From positions 1 through 31,725 of IMG/VR virus record IMGVR_UViG_3300001685_000007: a DNA stretch of 31,725 nucleotides; one strand, given 5' to 3'. The position numbers were made by a program, and so were the translations under genes. Position 1 is the first letter of the stretch. Each line of letters opens with the position of its first letter. Under the pieces are notes generated by a model. That model made no database searches, was not told the DNA's origin, and saw nothing but the letters and a program-made list of their open reading frames with translations. The DNA is from a virus. Taxonomy: Duplodnaviria > Caudoviricetes. Below are positions 1-8,837 of the stretch, piece by piece.

Positions 1-1496
1 TCACCACTTTGCAAGAAATCTAACAATCCTGCATCAGCCCCTGTCCAATCCAAAGTACAGTCAGCACCGGAAGAACCAGAAACTTTCAATGCTGTCATTG
101 CCTGAGATTTGATATACTGAAAGTACATTGTATATCGAGTAGTGTTATCAACCTCATCGACAAAGTTTTGTGAAAAGACAATATTTCCAGCAGCAACAAA
201 TGGAAATTCTCTTTCGGTAGAAGTAAGAGGTGCATACTCTGAATCAAGTCCTTTTAAACCAGCATCAGTATCTACTGCATCAACGGTAATATCCCAATTA
301 CGAATATCATTTTTATCATTGGTATCATAACCATCAATGAAGACTCCTGGTTTCGTATGCAAAGTGTCACCGATAAAATCGGTAAACTGCAAGGCGATAT
401 TTCCTTTAACACTTCCAAAGGTATCTCCACCAACGTCATCATTAATATCTGATGTTTGGCGACATTTCCATTGTGTCCAGGAATGAATTTCTTTTAACCT
501 TGCTTTGTCATTGCCTGTATCCTCAACATCAAGGATTCTATTAAAGGCATAGTAATTTGAACCAACTTGACGTTCCCCAGGATAAGCTTCCCATACTGAA
601 GTTCCACCAAAAGATGCATAAGGTTGTGAGTCATCGGATATGGTTCCTGCGGTAGTACACCTTGCCCATCGACCTGCGGAATCTTGCACCACATCATCAA
701 TGGCGTAATTACCATCATCTGATGCTCCACCTGTGGTATCATCTGCCGTTTCAAACAATGCACCATTGATATAATCAATTGTCAATTCCGAATAGGTAAC
801 TCCTGATTCCGAACCAGCATCACCAACAATCGTAGTATCATCATCAATGGCTTTCAGAGAATCATCACCATTGGCAACAGGAAGACGATATGCCTCAAAT
901 TTAAGTGCAGCAAGACTCTGTTCACTGATAAGATCATAAGAAGCAAATGTCTTTTGTTCTTCTCTTAAAAAGACCTTTAAGTATCCAGAATCATCAGGCG
1001 ATCCTCCTGTACCTTTGGTTGTAATGTTTTCATTGATCTCACCGGCAAAAGTAAAATCAATTTTATTTTCATTAAATTCTGCCGTAAAATCATTTGTGTA
1101 ATACGGTTGATCAGTAGCAGCATCCATTGAACCAAGGGAAATGATACAGGCATTTTCACGACCATCTGTTTCCTGAAAACCAGCATCCCGAATAAGATCT
1201 CTGGTTGTTTGATCCAATGGCCCCCATCCATTAATCCACACAAACGATGCTTCATAAATCATTTGGATAGGAAATTTATGTTTATTCAAATCATCATCTG
1301 TTTTCCATATCTCTTTGAGTTTGGAATAAACACATTTTCCGGTAACACCTGATAATGCACCAGTAGGTACATTAACAATGTTACCATCTGTGGTAATCTC
1401 AATTGTCTTAGCACCAGTTTGTATTTCAAGATCTTCAGTAGTACCGGACGCATCAACAATATGAGAAAGATCAGTTGGGTCAAATACTTTAGGCAT
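1..1496 (-). CDS. Putative virion structural protein, 3'-truncated by the window edge (>498 aa; absent from the ORF track)
   Basis: Manual translation from ATG at 1496 (AGGAGG RBS upstream): MPKVFDPTDLSHIVDASGTTEDLEIQTGAKTIEIT...GVTGKCVYSKLKEIWKTDDDLNKHKFPIQMIYEASF...; reads open to position 1. Rich in Asp/Gly/Thr, co-oriented with the tail genes. Confidence 0.7.
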   Translation of the reverse strand, partial: MPKVFDPTDLSHIVDASGTTEDLEIQTGAKTIEITTDGNIVNVPTGALSGVTGKCVYSKLKEIWKTDDDLNKHKFPIQMIYEASFVWINGWGPLDQTTRDLIRDAGFQETDGRENACIISLGSMDAATDQPYYTNDFTAEFNENKIDFTFAGEINENITTKGTGGSPDDSGYLKVFLREEQKTFASYDLISEQSLAALKFEAYRLPVANGDDSLKAIDDDTTIVGDAGSESGVTYSELTIDYINGALFETADDTTGGASDDGNYAIDDVVQDSAGRWARCTTAGTISDDSQPYASFGGTSVWEAYPGERQVGSNYYAFNRILDVEDTGNDKARLKEIHSWTQWKCRQTSDINDDVGGDTFGSVKGNIALQFTDFIGDTLHTKPGVFIDGYDTNDKNDIRNWDITVDAVDTDAGLKGLDSEYAPLTSTEREFPFVAAGNIVFSQNFVDEVDNTTRYTMYFQYIKSQAMTALKVSGSSGADCTLDWTGADAGLLDFLQSG

Positions 1497-1530
1497 GATT
1501 AATTCCTCCTAATAAATAATTAATTTTTAA

Positions 1531-3141
1531 TTAAGGATTCTCATAATTTTCATCAACAAACATATTAACCTTTGCTGATGAATTGTTCCCTGGTAATGTA
1601 AGTCCGTAAATATTCGATATGTCTGGTTTATAATCAATATGATGAATTAAAACATCAACAGTAGCACCTCCTCCATGTGAATAAGTTATTTGGTATTTAC
1701 CATCACCATCTGAGGTAGAAGCACTTTCAGTATGGTGCAAAACAGTCGATGTTCCCGATGTGACAATTGTTACCTCAGTACCGGACTCAAGCCCTGTGAC
1801 CGTAAAAGAATAATTGGCAACAAGAGTTACATTTCCACCACGAATTGATAAGGCCGATACACCACTACCTCCATCAATGTTAAGGGTTACTGATCCACCA
1901 GAATTATTATAAATGACTTCATCTCCGGTAGATCCATCTGAAGTGGCATAACCACTTACAAAAAAATCAGTTAATGTATAAGAATTTCCAGCACAGGCAG
2001 AACCCAATTCTATAGCATGACCGTTTCCATCCGAATTAAAAGTACAATTATCTATATTATCTGGATTATCTACTAATAAGGCAACAGCAGCAGGAGATTC
2101 ATCAAAAATACAATTATCTAAATCTGCTCCAGCTTGAGTAACCAAAGCACATCTTCTAAAGGTAACAGCATCTAATGTCGCATTGGAATCAAAAACAAAG
2201 GTAGACATATCTGTGAATACACAAGTAGTAAAATTCACAGTGGCATCAGCTACCATTTCAAATTGACCGATTGATAAACCAGAAGGATTTACTGAGGATA
2301 TATTTACGCCTATCCAATCAACTCTTGAACTGGCATTATTTATTTCTATTTTATTAAAGGCAGCATAGGTTCGGGGAGTATCATCAACAGTAATATTTCT
2401 ATTGGAATCTCTGAAATCACAGACATTAGTAGCATTACCAAAACTCATTAATCCTTTCCAAAGATAGCCTGTACCTTCAGCTTTAAATAACCCCCATCGA
2501 TTATAACCATTGGTGGCTTCATTGTTATCATTTTTTGCAGCTAATCCTACAAAAGTACCGTAATCATCGGTTTCGCCATGTTCAATTATAAGCTCACCAC
2601 GTCCATATCTAATGGCATCAACACAATGAGGATTACCTTTACTAACTGCTGACAACATTTTAGGGGCAGACCAAAAATAACGATAATTACCTGCTGTTGG
2701 AGAACCTACTCTTTCATCATATCCACCAGCATATTCAGGATCAATGGCAATATTATCCCATCCACCATAGGGATTTCTTCTTGTATCATTTCCCTGTGCA
2801 TTGAATAAATCAATAGCACCAGTACCGGAACCAATTCCAATTCTCATTCCCCCGTTTGCCCATGTATCAATAACAGCAGGAGCTTGCCAATATTGCCATA
2901 CAAAAATTGCCCATCCAGAAACCCAACTACTAATATTACCACCATAGTCACATTGCAATCCAACTGTTGCTCCTGATGCTGCGCCTGTTGATTGCGATAT
3001 ACTATAGCTTCCCTGAATAAAAGCACGATCTTCTAAAGTAGCAGCACCACCTGATTTACGACTTGGAATTTCTGCCCAATTAGTTACTGCTTCTGCAAGG
3101 TCTACTGTTTGAAGATCAGTTGTGTATGAAGGTGCGGTCAT
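1531..3141 (-). CDS. Putative virion structural/tail-associated protein with C-terminal beta-helix-like region (536 aa)
   Basis: Long ORF in the structural operon, rich in G/S/T/N/D. Repeating F-x-x-C-x-F / N-C-x-F units (FTTCVFTD, LDNCIFDE, IDNCTFNS) resemble right-handed parallel beta-helix rungs. Confidence 0.6.
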   Translation of the reverse strand: MTAPSYTTDLQTVDLAEAVTNWAEIPSRKSGGAATLEDRAFIQGSYSISQSTGAASGATVGLQCDYGGNISSWVSGWAIFVWQYWQAPAVIDTWANGGMRIGIGSGTGAIDLFNAQGNDTRRNPYGGWDNIAIDPEYAGGYDERVGSPTAGNYRYFWSAPKMLSAVSKGNPHCVDAIRYGRGELIIEHGETDDYGTFVGLAAKNDNNEATNGYNRWGLFKAEGTGYLWKGLMSFGNATNVCDFRDSNRNITVDDTPRTYAAFNKIEINNASSRVDWIGVNISSVNPSGLSIGQFEMVADATVNFTTCVFTDMSTFVFDSNATLDAVTFRRCALVTQAGADLDNCIFDESPAAVALLVDNPDNIDNCTFNSDGNGHAIELGSACAGNSYTLTDFFVSGYATSDGSTGDEVIYNNSGGSVTLNIDGGSGVSALSIRGGNVTLVANYSFTVTGLESGTEVTIVTSGTSTVLHHTESASTSDGDGKYQITYSHGGGATVDVLIHHIDYKPDISNIYGLTLPGNNSSAKVNMFVDENYENP

Positions 3142-3577
3142 GTTTTTCCTTCCACCTTACAATTAAGGTTTCCCATACTTCTGATATTTCCCTTCCTTGA
3201 ACCGGAAATACTAAAGATTCAGTTATTGTAGATGAAGTAAAAACAACAGAAATTCTATTTTTTAAAAGGATCTCAACCTGATCCTTTATTATTTTCTCTT
3301 TATAAGATTCATTATAATCAGGATGCATAGTACCAAGAAGTATACTACCATCCACATTTTCAAATACAATTTTACATTTATCTGGTCTTAATTCTATTGA
3401 AGGGTTATCAAGATCGTTATAAGCACATTTATAATAACGACAATCATTTGAAATACCATCATCATAAATTTTACATCCCACACCAGGAATGCATTCTCTA
3501 CACCATTCCCCAGGAGGAGAATCCATCCAAGGAATATCTATTAATTTACAGCAAAGAGTGCATTCACCACATTTCAT
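3116..3577 (-). CDS. CxxCxxCC cysteine-cluster protein (YkgJ-like Zn/Fe-chelating domain)
   Basis: N-terminal CGECTLCC, then WCRECIPGVGCKIY and DCRYYKC, matching the YkgJ/CxxCxxCC pattern. Confidence 0.7.
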   Translation of the reverse strand: MKCGECTLCCKLIDIPWMDSPPGEWCRECIPGVGCKIYDDGISNDCRYYKCAYNDLDNPSIELRPDKCKIVFENVDGSILLGTMHPDYNESYKEKIIKDQVEILLKNRISVVFTSSTITESLVFPVQGREISEVWETLIVRWKEKHDRTFIHN

Positions 3578-3600
3578 TATTTAAAAATACCTTTTTGAAT

Positions 3601-3671
3601 AAGAGAGACCCATAATTACCGTAGTCATTTATCGCAGTTAGCGAAACATACGAGTAAAACAGATCTCCCTT
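3601..3671 (-). other. Three-tier RNA stem-loop downstream of the tail tube gene
   Basis: Minus strand: AAGGGAGATCT pairs with GGGTCTCTCTT (11 bp, 3 G-U); inner TACTCGTA/TACGGTA; innermost TCGC-TAACT-GCGA. Confidence 0.5.
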
Positions 3672-3704
3672 TTTGATGGATGACCTAACGAAAGGAGGTA
3701 AAAT

Positions 3705-4217
3705 TTAGGCCGATGAGAATCCACCAATACGGAACAACTGATCGCCGGAAACTCTCTGATCATCAATCAAAGCCATGAAACGACACGCATAGACTCTCTG
3801 ATTGTCAGTGGTAAACGCAATCTCCACAGCACCACCAACATTCGGGGCAGCATTATAAACCTGATAAATCTCAGATCCATCAATCGGTTCAAGAACAAGC
3901 TCACCCGTTGTAACAAGCTCACCAACGGGTTTACCAAAGGTGAGATGAGTAGTCTCATCTGTTGCTGAAGCAAACAGCAATTTAAGGTTGTCAAAAGTAG
4001 ATTCAGTCATATTGACCGTCACTTCCATAACCAAACCTGCATCCAAAACCCTCAACGGAGTTTCACCGTATTGATCGGATTTCAGTTCGTAGGTGTTCTG
4101 AGTAATCGAAACGGTAACACCTCCAAAGGTATGACCAATGTGGACACCGGCAAAGTACACATAGCAAGGGCCGATAGATATGTTATCCGAATCAAATACA
4201 AGCGGATATTGTGGCAT
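3705..4217 (-). CDS. Major tail (tube) protein
   Basis: 170 aa beta-rich protein (ISIGPCYVYF..IGHTFGGVTVSI..YELKSDQYG..VEIAF..RVYACRFMAL) typical of siphovirus tail tubes; follows the tail terminator; AGGAGG RBS. Confidence 0.8.
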   Translation of the reverse strand: MPQYPLVFDSDNISIGPCYVYFAGVHIGHTFGGVTVSITQNTYELKSDQYGETPLRVLDAGLVMEVTVNMTESTFDNLKLLFASATDETTHLTFGKPVGELVTTGELVLEPIDGSEIYQVYNAAPNVGGAVEIAFTTDNQRVYACRFMALIDDQRVSGDQLFRIGGFSSA

Positions 4218-4229
4218 AATAAATTCCTC

Positions 4230-4499
4230 CTAAATAGTTGTTAAGGTTTGACAATTTCTACATTTAAAATGAATCTTATCTACTTGTCTATAATTACGAT
4301 CTTGATAACCAACGATAAAATTGCATGTATCCCCAGGTTTCTTATCAAGTGGCCTTCCACATTTTGAACAAAAACCCTCATGCACTATTCTCTTTTCTTT
4401 AGTTCCATAATCAAGATCTTCACAAAATTTACAGCATTTAATCTTTCCTGCACAAACCACTCGTATCATTCGATACCTATAAGTATTTTCCATCAGCAT
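4230..4499 (-). CDS. Small zinc-ribbon protein (Mu Com-like with an inserted second ribbon)
   Basis: IRVVC..., CKFC, CSKC, CNF..., IHFKCRNCQTL; several CxxC pairs. Confidence 0.5.
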   Translation of the reverse strand: MLMENTYRYRMIRVVCAGKIKCCKFCEDLDYGTKEKRIVHEGFCSKCGRPLDKKPGDTCNFIVGYQDRNYRQVDKIHFKCRNCQTLTTI

Positions 4500-4515
4500 T
4501 AACCGCCCTAACTAT

Positions 4516-4959
4516 TTATCTTCTAACCACATTAGTAAGACCAAAAGAAACAATCTTCACATATATGGGATTTCCTGCATCCCCTTCAGTTGGAGCATCG
4601 GAATTCCCAATTATACTTATCTTCTTAATACCAAAATTAGTTAATAACACATTATACTTTTCATCAAAAAGATTCATTAGCCTTTCGGCAACTTGACCAA
4701 GTACCAATTGATCTTTTGACAAAGCTCTAAAGTGATAGTTTATATTTGGTATCTGAGAAGGATAAGAATAACTTTCACCAGGACGTGAACCGGATGATTT
4801 TCTAAAAATTAAAGCAGCAGGATAAGTAGAATTATAAACAACATCATGGGAAGGATACCAAGCATAAACCCTATTATTTGATACATCTATGCCCATAAGA
4901 GAAATCATTGTGGCATCCCCTGTTATTGTAGTTACAATGTATTCATCTATTTCAATCAT
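4516..4959 (-). CDS. Tail terminator / tail completion protein (DUF3168/gp17-like)
   Basis: Position between neck and tail tube genes; pattern NRVY..P....YPAALIF...INYHFRALSKD..LGQVAERLMNLF. Probable start is ATG 4959, coupled (TAATG) to the upstream stop. Confidence 0.7.
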   Translation of the reverse strand: MIEIDEYIVTTITGDATMISLMGIDVSNNRVYAWYPSHDVVYNSTYPAALIFRKSSGSRPGESYSYPSQIPNINYHFRALSKDQLVLGQVAERLMNLFDEKYNVLLTNFGIKKISIIGNSDAPTEGDAGNPIYVKIVSFGLTNVVRR

Positions 4960-5651
4960 TATGTAGTTTCCCAATAAATATTAATTTTTAGTGCTTTTCC
5001 TGCCATTGGTATTCTTGTTGCTTTCTTTACTTCTTTTTGAAATCTTGAACTCATCCACTTATACCAGTAATCTTTTTTACTATCGATTATCTTTCCCCAC
5101 CAATTAGGACGAGTACCATCACCAAGATTATTTAAAATTTGAAAATATTCAGCTACTTCATATGTGGGCCATTGCATTTTTGTACCACCAACTACTACAC
5201 CGAGTCCTGGCTGAAAAAAATAATTTCTTTCAGAATCTTGAGGAGAATCTATAGTAATCATTAATTCTCCATCAGCACTAACTTGATACCAAATGCTTTC
5301 GTAAAGACTTCCTGTAGGCAAACCTGAATCAGTTTGAACTCCTGATGCTGGTGGGCCTTCTTTTGCTGAAGCTGTGTAATGACCTATAAAAGTATATCTG
5401 CCCTTACCCCTGACAGACTCATTTATCATGTACACTTCATAAGTATTTCCAGCAGGAGCAGTAGCCAAACGATGTTGAATTTCCGATACGATCATAAAAC
5501 CAAGATCTTCCATTATCTCATTTGACGCTCGTTCTATTTGATCAAGAACTGGTCGAAGAACAAACTCATTGATTCGTTTGCCTAATCCAGATCCTTTTGC
5601 AATTGCATTAAGGGCAACTTTTTCTTCTTTTATGTCAGTTCTTAACGTCAT
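4959..5651 (-). CDS. Putative neck/tail-completion protein (HK97 gp10-like)
   Basis: Synteny after head closure; motifs TAPAG..Y....HYTASAKEGPPA....TGSLYESI and RPNW resemble the gp10-like family. Confidence 0.6.
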   Translation of the reverse strand: MTLRTDIKEEKVALNAIAKGSGLGKRINEFVLRPVLDQIERASNEIMEDLGFMIVSEIQHRLATAPAGNTYEVYMINESVRGKGRYTFIGHYTASAKEGPPASGVQTDSGLPTGSLYESIWYQVSADGELMITIDSPQDSERNYFFQPGLGVVVGGTKMQWPTYEVAEYFQILNNLGDGTRPNWWGKIIDSKKDYWYKWMSSRFQKEVKKATRIPMAGKALKINIYWETT

Positions 5652-5998
5652 TAAGTTTCACTTAATCCACAATAAACTTCTTTATGATGTATTGTTCTTC
5701 TATCATAAACTTGTTGAACAGGTTTTACAAAAAGTTCATCCCCGTTCCAAATTATTTTATCTCCTCTTTGAATATCCTGATTTTTCTTAAAGAAAAACAA
5801 GTAATCATTTTCTGAAGAAATACCTGCGGTCTGCATTCTTATTCCAGCAGAACTTTCAAATAAATTTTGACCACGACAGGCCACACTTGAAGCTAATAAA
5901 GTCCATGTTGCATCTGCTGTATACCCATGACTTTCAGCCTTATCAACAGTCTTACGATATATATCACATCGTTGAACTAATAGATTATTATAGCCCAT
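5651..5998 (-). CDS. Head-closure / head-tail adaptor (SPP1 gp16-like)
   Basis: 115 aa beta-rich (QRCDIYRK..GY....W..LASSVACR...DIQRGDKIIWNG...HHKEVY); synteny after the connector. Confidence 0.75.
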   Translation of the reverse strand: MGYNNLLVQRCDIYRKTVDKAESHGYTADATWTLLASSVACRGQNLFESSAGIRMQTAGISSENDYLFFFKKNQDIQRGDKIIWNGDELFVKPVQQVYDRRTIHHKEVYCGLSET

Positions 5999-6663
5999 TA
6001 TCCAAATGCTACCTTTCTATATGGCATCAAATTTTCAAATATAGTTGGAGCCAATCCTCTCAACTCTCTTTGAAATTCTGGTGACATTAATTTATAAGTA
6101 TAGTTTCCAATGCGTTCAGATTGAAGCATTTCGTTATCAGGAGCATTCATAAATTGTTTTATTGCAGAAAAACAAAGGTATTTTAAATCTGACATAGATT
6201 CATGATCATCACCATATCCACCATTCCATTTAATTTGAACATTTTGTAGATATGAATAATCAAATCCTTGACCATAAACTATCTTACCTCTGCGTGGATA
6301 AAGCCTATATCCATCAGAAGCATCATAATCATTAGATGCAGCAACAGTAATAGCAGTACCACTTATAATAAATTCAGTAATTGAATTTACCGGATAGGTA
6401 GGAAACCAAAAGGTGCTTCCTTGAGGAGCATCAAATAATGCATAATGAAGATTTTCAATACTGTAATCATCTGTATCCGCTGGATCATAAGTATAATCCC
6501 TTGCTTTCAATTTACGATTACAGAATTTTTCAAATTCAGAGGACACAGCATTAATCATTTCCTCTATTCTTGTTTTTTCTTTTTCATCCTCAAGCCAATC
6601 TTCATCAACATACATTTGATAAAAATAAGTAGTATCTATTAATGCATTATTATTTAAACCCAT
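5998..6663 (-). CDS. Head-tail connector (gp6/gp15-like) with beta-sandwich insertion
   Basis: IEEMINAVSSEFEKFCNRKL, YPVNSI, NVQIKWNGGY, DLKYLC, QSERIGNYTY and LMPYRK are hallmarks of phage connector proteins. Confidence 0.8.
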   Translation of the reverse strand: MGLNNNALIDTTYFYQMYVDEDWLEDEKEKTRIEEMINAVSSEFEKFCNRKLKARDYTYDPADTDDYSIENLHYALFDAPQGSTFWFPTYPVNSITEFIISGTAITVAASNDYDASDGYRLYPRRGKIVYGQGFDYSYLQNVQIKWNGGYGDDHESMSDLKYLCFSAIKQFMNAPDNEMLQSERIGNYTYKLMSPEFQRELRGLAPTIFENLMPYRKVAFG

Positions 6664-6665
6664 TT

Positions 6666-6938
6666 TTATTTCCTTTTTCTAATCGTAGGAAAAAGTTTAT
6701 CATCAGGCCCAGGAAATCGATGATTCTCAAAATCCTGCATTAGCTTATCTTCCGGTGCTTGAAAAATTGCTTTATGATCAGGTGGGCCATACTGCATCTT
6801 TTTTTTATATGCAGGATCATCTATAATAGCCTTACCCTGTTTAACAAAACGATCAGCTTTATCAATTTCCATACTCTGAATAACCCCTCCAAAAGATCTT
6901 ATTAAATTCCGATCTAACAGCTTTACCTTTACTTTCAT
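6666..6938 (-). CDS. Small hypothetical protein in the head module
   Basis: AGGAGG RBS; 90 aa ORF between the decoration and connector genes. Confidence 0.6.
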   Translation of the reverse strand: MKVKVKLLDRNLIRSFGGVIQSMEIDKADRFVKQGKAIIDDPAYKKKMQYGPPDHKAIFQAPEDKLMQDFENHRFPGPDDKLFPTIRKRK

Positions 6939-6949
6939 AATAACCTCCT

Positions 6950-6984
6950 AAAATAAAAGGGTAGATACCGGAATATCTACCCTT
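6950..6984 (-). terminator. Intrinsic terminator after the capsid/decoration genes
   Basis: Perfect 11-bp stem AAGGGTAGATA-CCGGAA-TATCTACCCTT followed on the minus strand by TTATTTT. Confidence 0.75.
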
Positions 6985-7024
6985 CATAAACCAAAACCAT
7001 TCCGGTTACTGCTTTATACCAGAA

Positions 7025-7474
7025 TTAAGTTGCCGATACTTTGGGTTTTCTTCCTGTACCATAAGTCAAAGCAGGAGCAGTTCCCACCTGAGTTACAGGT
7101 CTGCGCTGATTTTCATAGGTCATAAACAGGCAAGACCAGACACATGCAGCAGTTCCAACGGTAACATTGACTCTGATATACCGATTAGGATCATAAACCT
7201 CAATGAGATAAAGGCCAGCAGTATCGATCTGCTCTACCGTAATGAAATCGGCATCCCATGTGGATTGATCCGGTGAATCTTGAATGATCAGATCCAGAGT
7301 AGAACCACCAGCAACACTACCAACATCAGCCAAAATAAGCAGACTATTGGGCAACTGCACATCGGCCCAAAGATCTACACCATCATCGTCCGGTGCATTT
7401 GCAGCAGCACCATTGGCATCAGACACGGCTTGCTGAAAGTACCCGAATTTATAATTGTTAAGCATATCAAACAT
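7025..7474 (-). CDS. Capsid decoration/cement protein (Bbp16-like jelly roll)
   Basis: Directly after the major capsid gene; GVDL....LLILADVG..AGGSTLDLIIQDSPDQSTW...RYIRVNVTV is typical of cement proteins. Confidence 0.65.
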   Translation of the reverse strand: MFDMLNNYKFGYFQQAVSDANGAAANAPDDDGVDLWADVQLPNSLLILADVGSVAGGSTLDLIIQDSPDQSTWDADFITVEQIDTAGLYLIEVYDPNRYIRVNVTVGTAACVWSCLFMTYENQRRPVTQVGTAPALTYGTGRKPKVSAT

Positions 7475-7548
7475 AATAAATTCCTCCGTAAAAATGTTAT
7501 TTGAAAATTAGTTTTTAATTAAAAAATTCTCCTTCCGTTAAAAATTAA

Positions 7549-8796
7549 TTAGGAAGTAGCAGCATCCAATTGAACAAAGGCTTGCGGAATGGCTGCTTGA
7601 CCATCCAGACGACCAGAACATCTCAGGGCCGTTCGGTTATTACGGAATTTGAAATGACGAGAAGAATCCATGCTAAAGTCCTGACGGAATCCAACATAGT
7701 ACCATGCCCACGTTCCAAGGATGAGGTCTCCGGTAGAACCGAGTGCGGGGATCTTACCATCAGCAAGATAAGCAGGTTTACCCAGGATCGTCATATCATA
7801 ACCCTTGGCAAAATCCTGATACATTTCCTGCAAGACCAATTCTTTCGATGAGGAACTTACAGTCATTCCACGAAGGGCAGCACGACCTTGTTTGGTGATA
7901 AACCAAACAGCATTGGAATCAAATACAGAAGGCATACGTGCTTCCATATTCAAACAATCATGCACTTCAATGGTATCTGCGGTTTGACGGAAAACAGACA
8001 GGATCGAAGGATCGTTGATAATCCCAAGAGGTTGTTTTCCTCCGGTTCCCTGGATGAAAGCCTTGTCAGTGTAGTAGTACCATGCTGCTCTGAAAAGACG
8101 AGTCAGATAATTGATCAGGTTGATAACCGAATCATCCAAAAGGGTATTGGTGATTTCAGTGTAACCTGCCAGTTCATGAACGATCATTTCGACCATGCCA
8201 AAGGTGGGTTCGGTCTCTGCCTTCTCACCACCTTCCTCTGTCCACTCAAAAGAGACTCCAGCAAAATGATCAAACCCTGCATCCTGTACATCGGGGTTCT
8301 GTTGCAATTTTGGAAACTGAATTTTCTCACCGGCCATCGGCCATACAGTAGCTTTCGACCAGACCAAAGTTTCTTCAGCATCGTACATGATCATGATGTT
8401 GCGGAATTCTTCCGGTACAAGATAACCACCTTCATCATCGATGGACTCAGACATAAACTTACTGACAATACCTGTTTTCAGGTAAACAGCAAAGTCTTTT
8501 GCCCATTCCTGCATCTCACCAGAAGCAGCAATCCAGGGATTTGATTTGTTGTTAAGATTGATGATCGAACCTTTCTGAGTGGTCATCACACCACCATCAA
8601 TCTTGAAAGCACCATTGGTAAAATCAATAACCTGCTTTGTTTGCCGTTTGTTGAAAGGATGATCCACATCATTCTGCAATTCCGTAATCATGGTTTCAAC
8701 CGTACCCTTGATTACAGCAGAAAAATCATCACCCCCCATGTAATCCTTTACCTGAGTGTTTAACAGTTTAATCAATTCTTCCTTATTAAGTTTCAT
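7549..8796 (-). CDS. Major capsid protein, HK97 fold, with N-terminal delta-like domain
   Basis: EGGYLVPEEF, WTEEGGEKAETEPTF, ITNTLLDDS, FIQGTGGKQPLGIIN, ILGKP, FRNNRTALR..GRLDG; AGGAGG RBS. Confidence 0.95.
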   Translation of the reverse strand: MKLNKEELIKLLNTQVKDYMGGDDFSAVIKGTVETMITELQNDVDHPFNKRQTKQVIDFTNGAFKIDGGVMTTQKGSIINLNNKSNPWIAASGEMQEWAKDFAVYLKTGIVSKFMSESIDDEGGYLVPEEFRNIMIMYDAEETLVWSKATVWPMAGEKIQFPKLQQNPDVQDAGFDHFAGVSFEWTEEGGEKAETEPTFGMVEMIVHELAGYTEITNTLLDDSVINLINYLTRLFRAAWYYYTDKAFIQGTGGKQPLGIINDPSILSVFRQTADTIEVHDCLNMEARMPSVFDSNAVWFITKQGRAALRGMTVSSSSKELVLQEMYQDFAKGYDMTILGKPAYLADGKIPALGSTGDLILGTWAWYYVGFRQDFSMDSSRHFKFRNNRTALRCSGRLDGQAAIPQAFVQLDAATS

Positions 8797-8837
8797 AACA
8801 AAAATCCTCCTATGAATATTAGAGTAATTTAGAGTTT

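Noticed and set aside
142-1483. Short ORFs 142-330(+), 494-778(-), 977-1255(-), 1286-1483(-)
   Set aside because: Shadow or alternate-frame ORFs of the long minus-strand gene starting at 1496, which the track missed because it runs off the window.
7570-8544. Plus-strand ORFs of 93 and 218 aa opposite the capsid gene
   Set aside because: Antisense shadows of a codon-biased gene; no RBS or recognisable motif.
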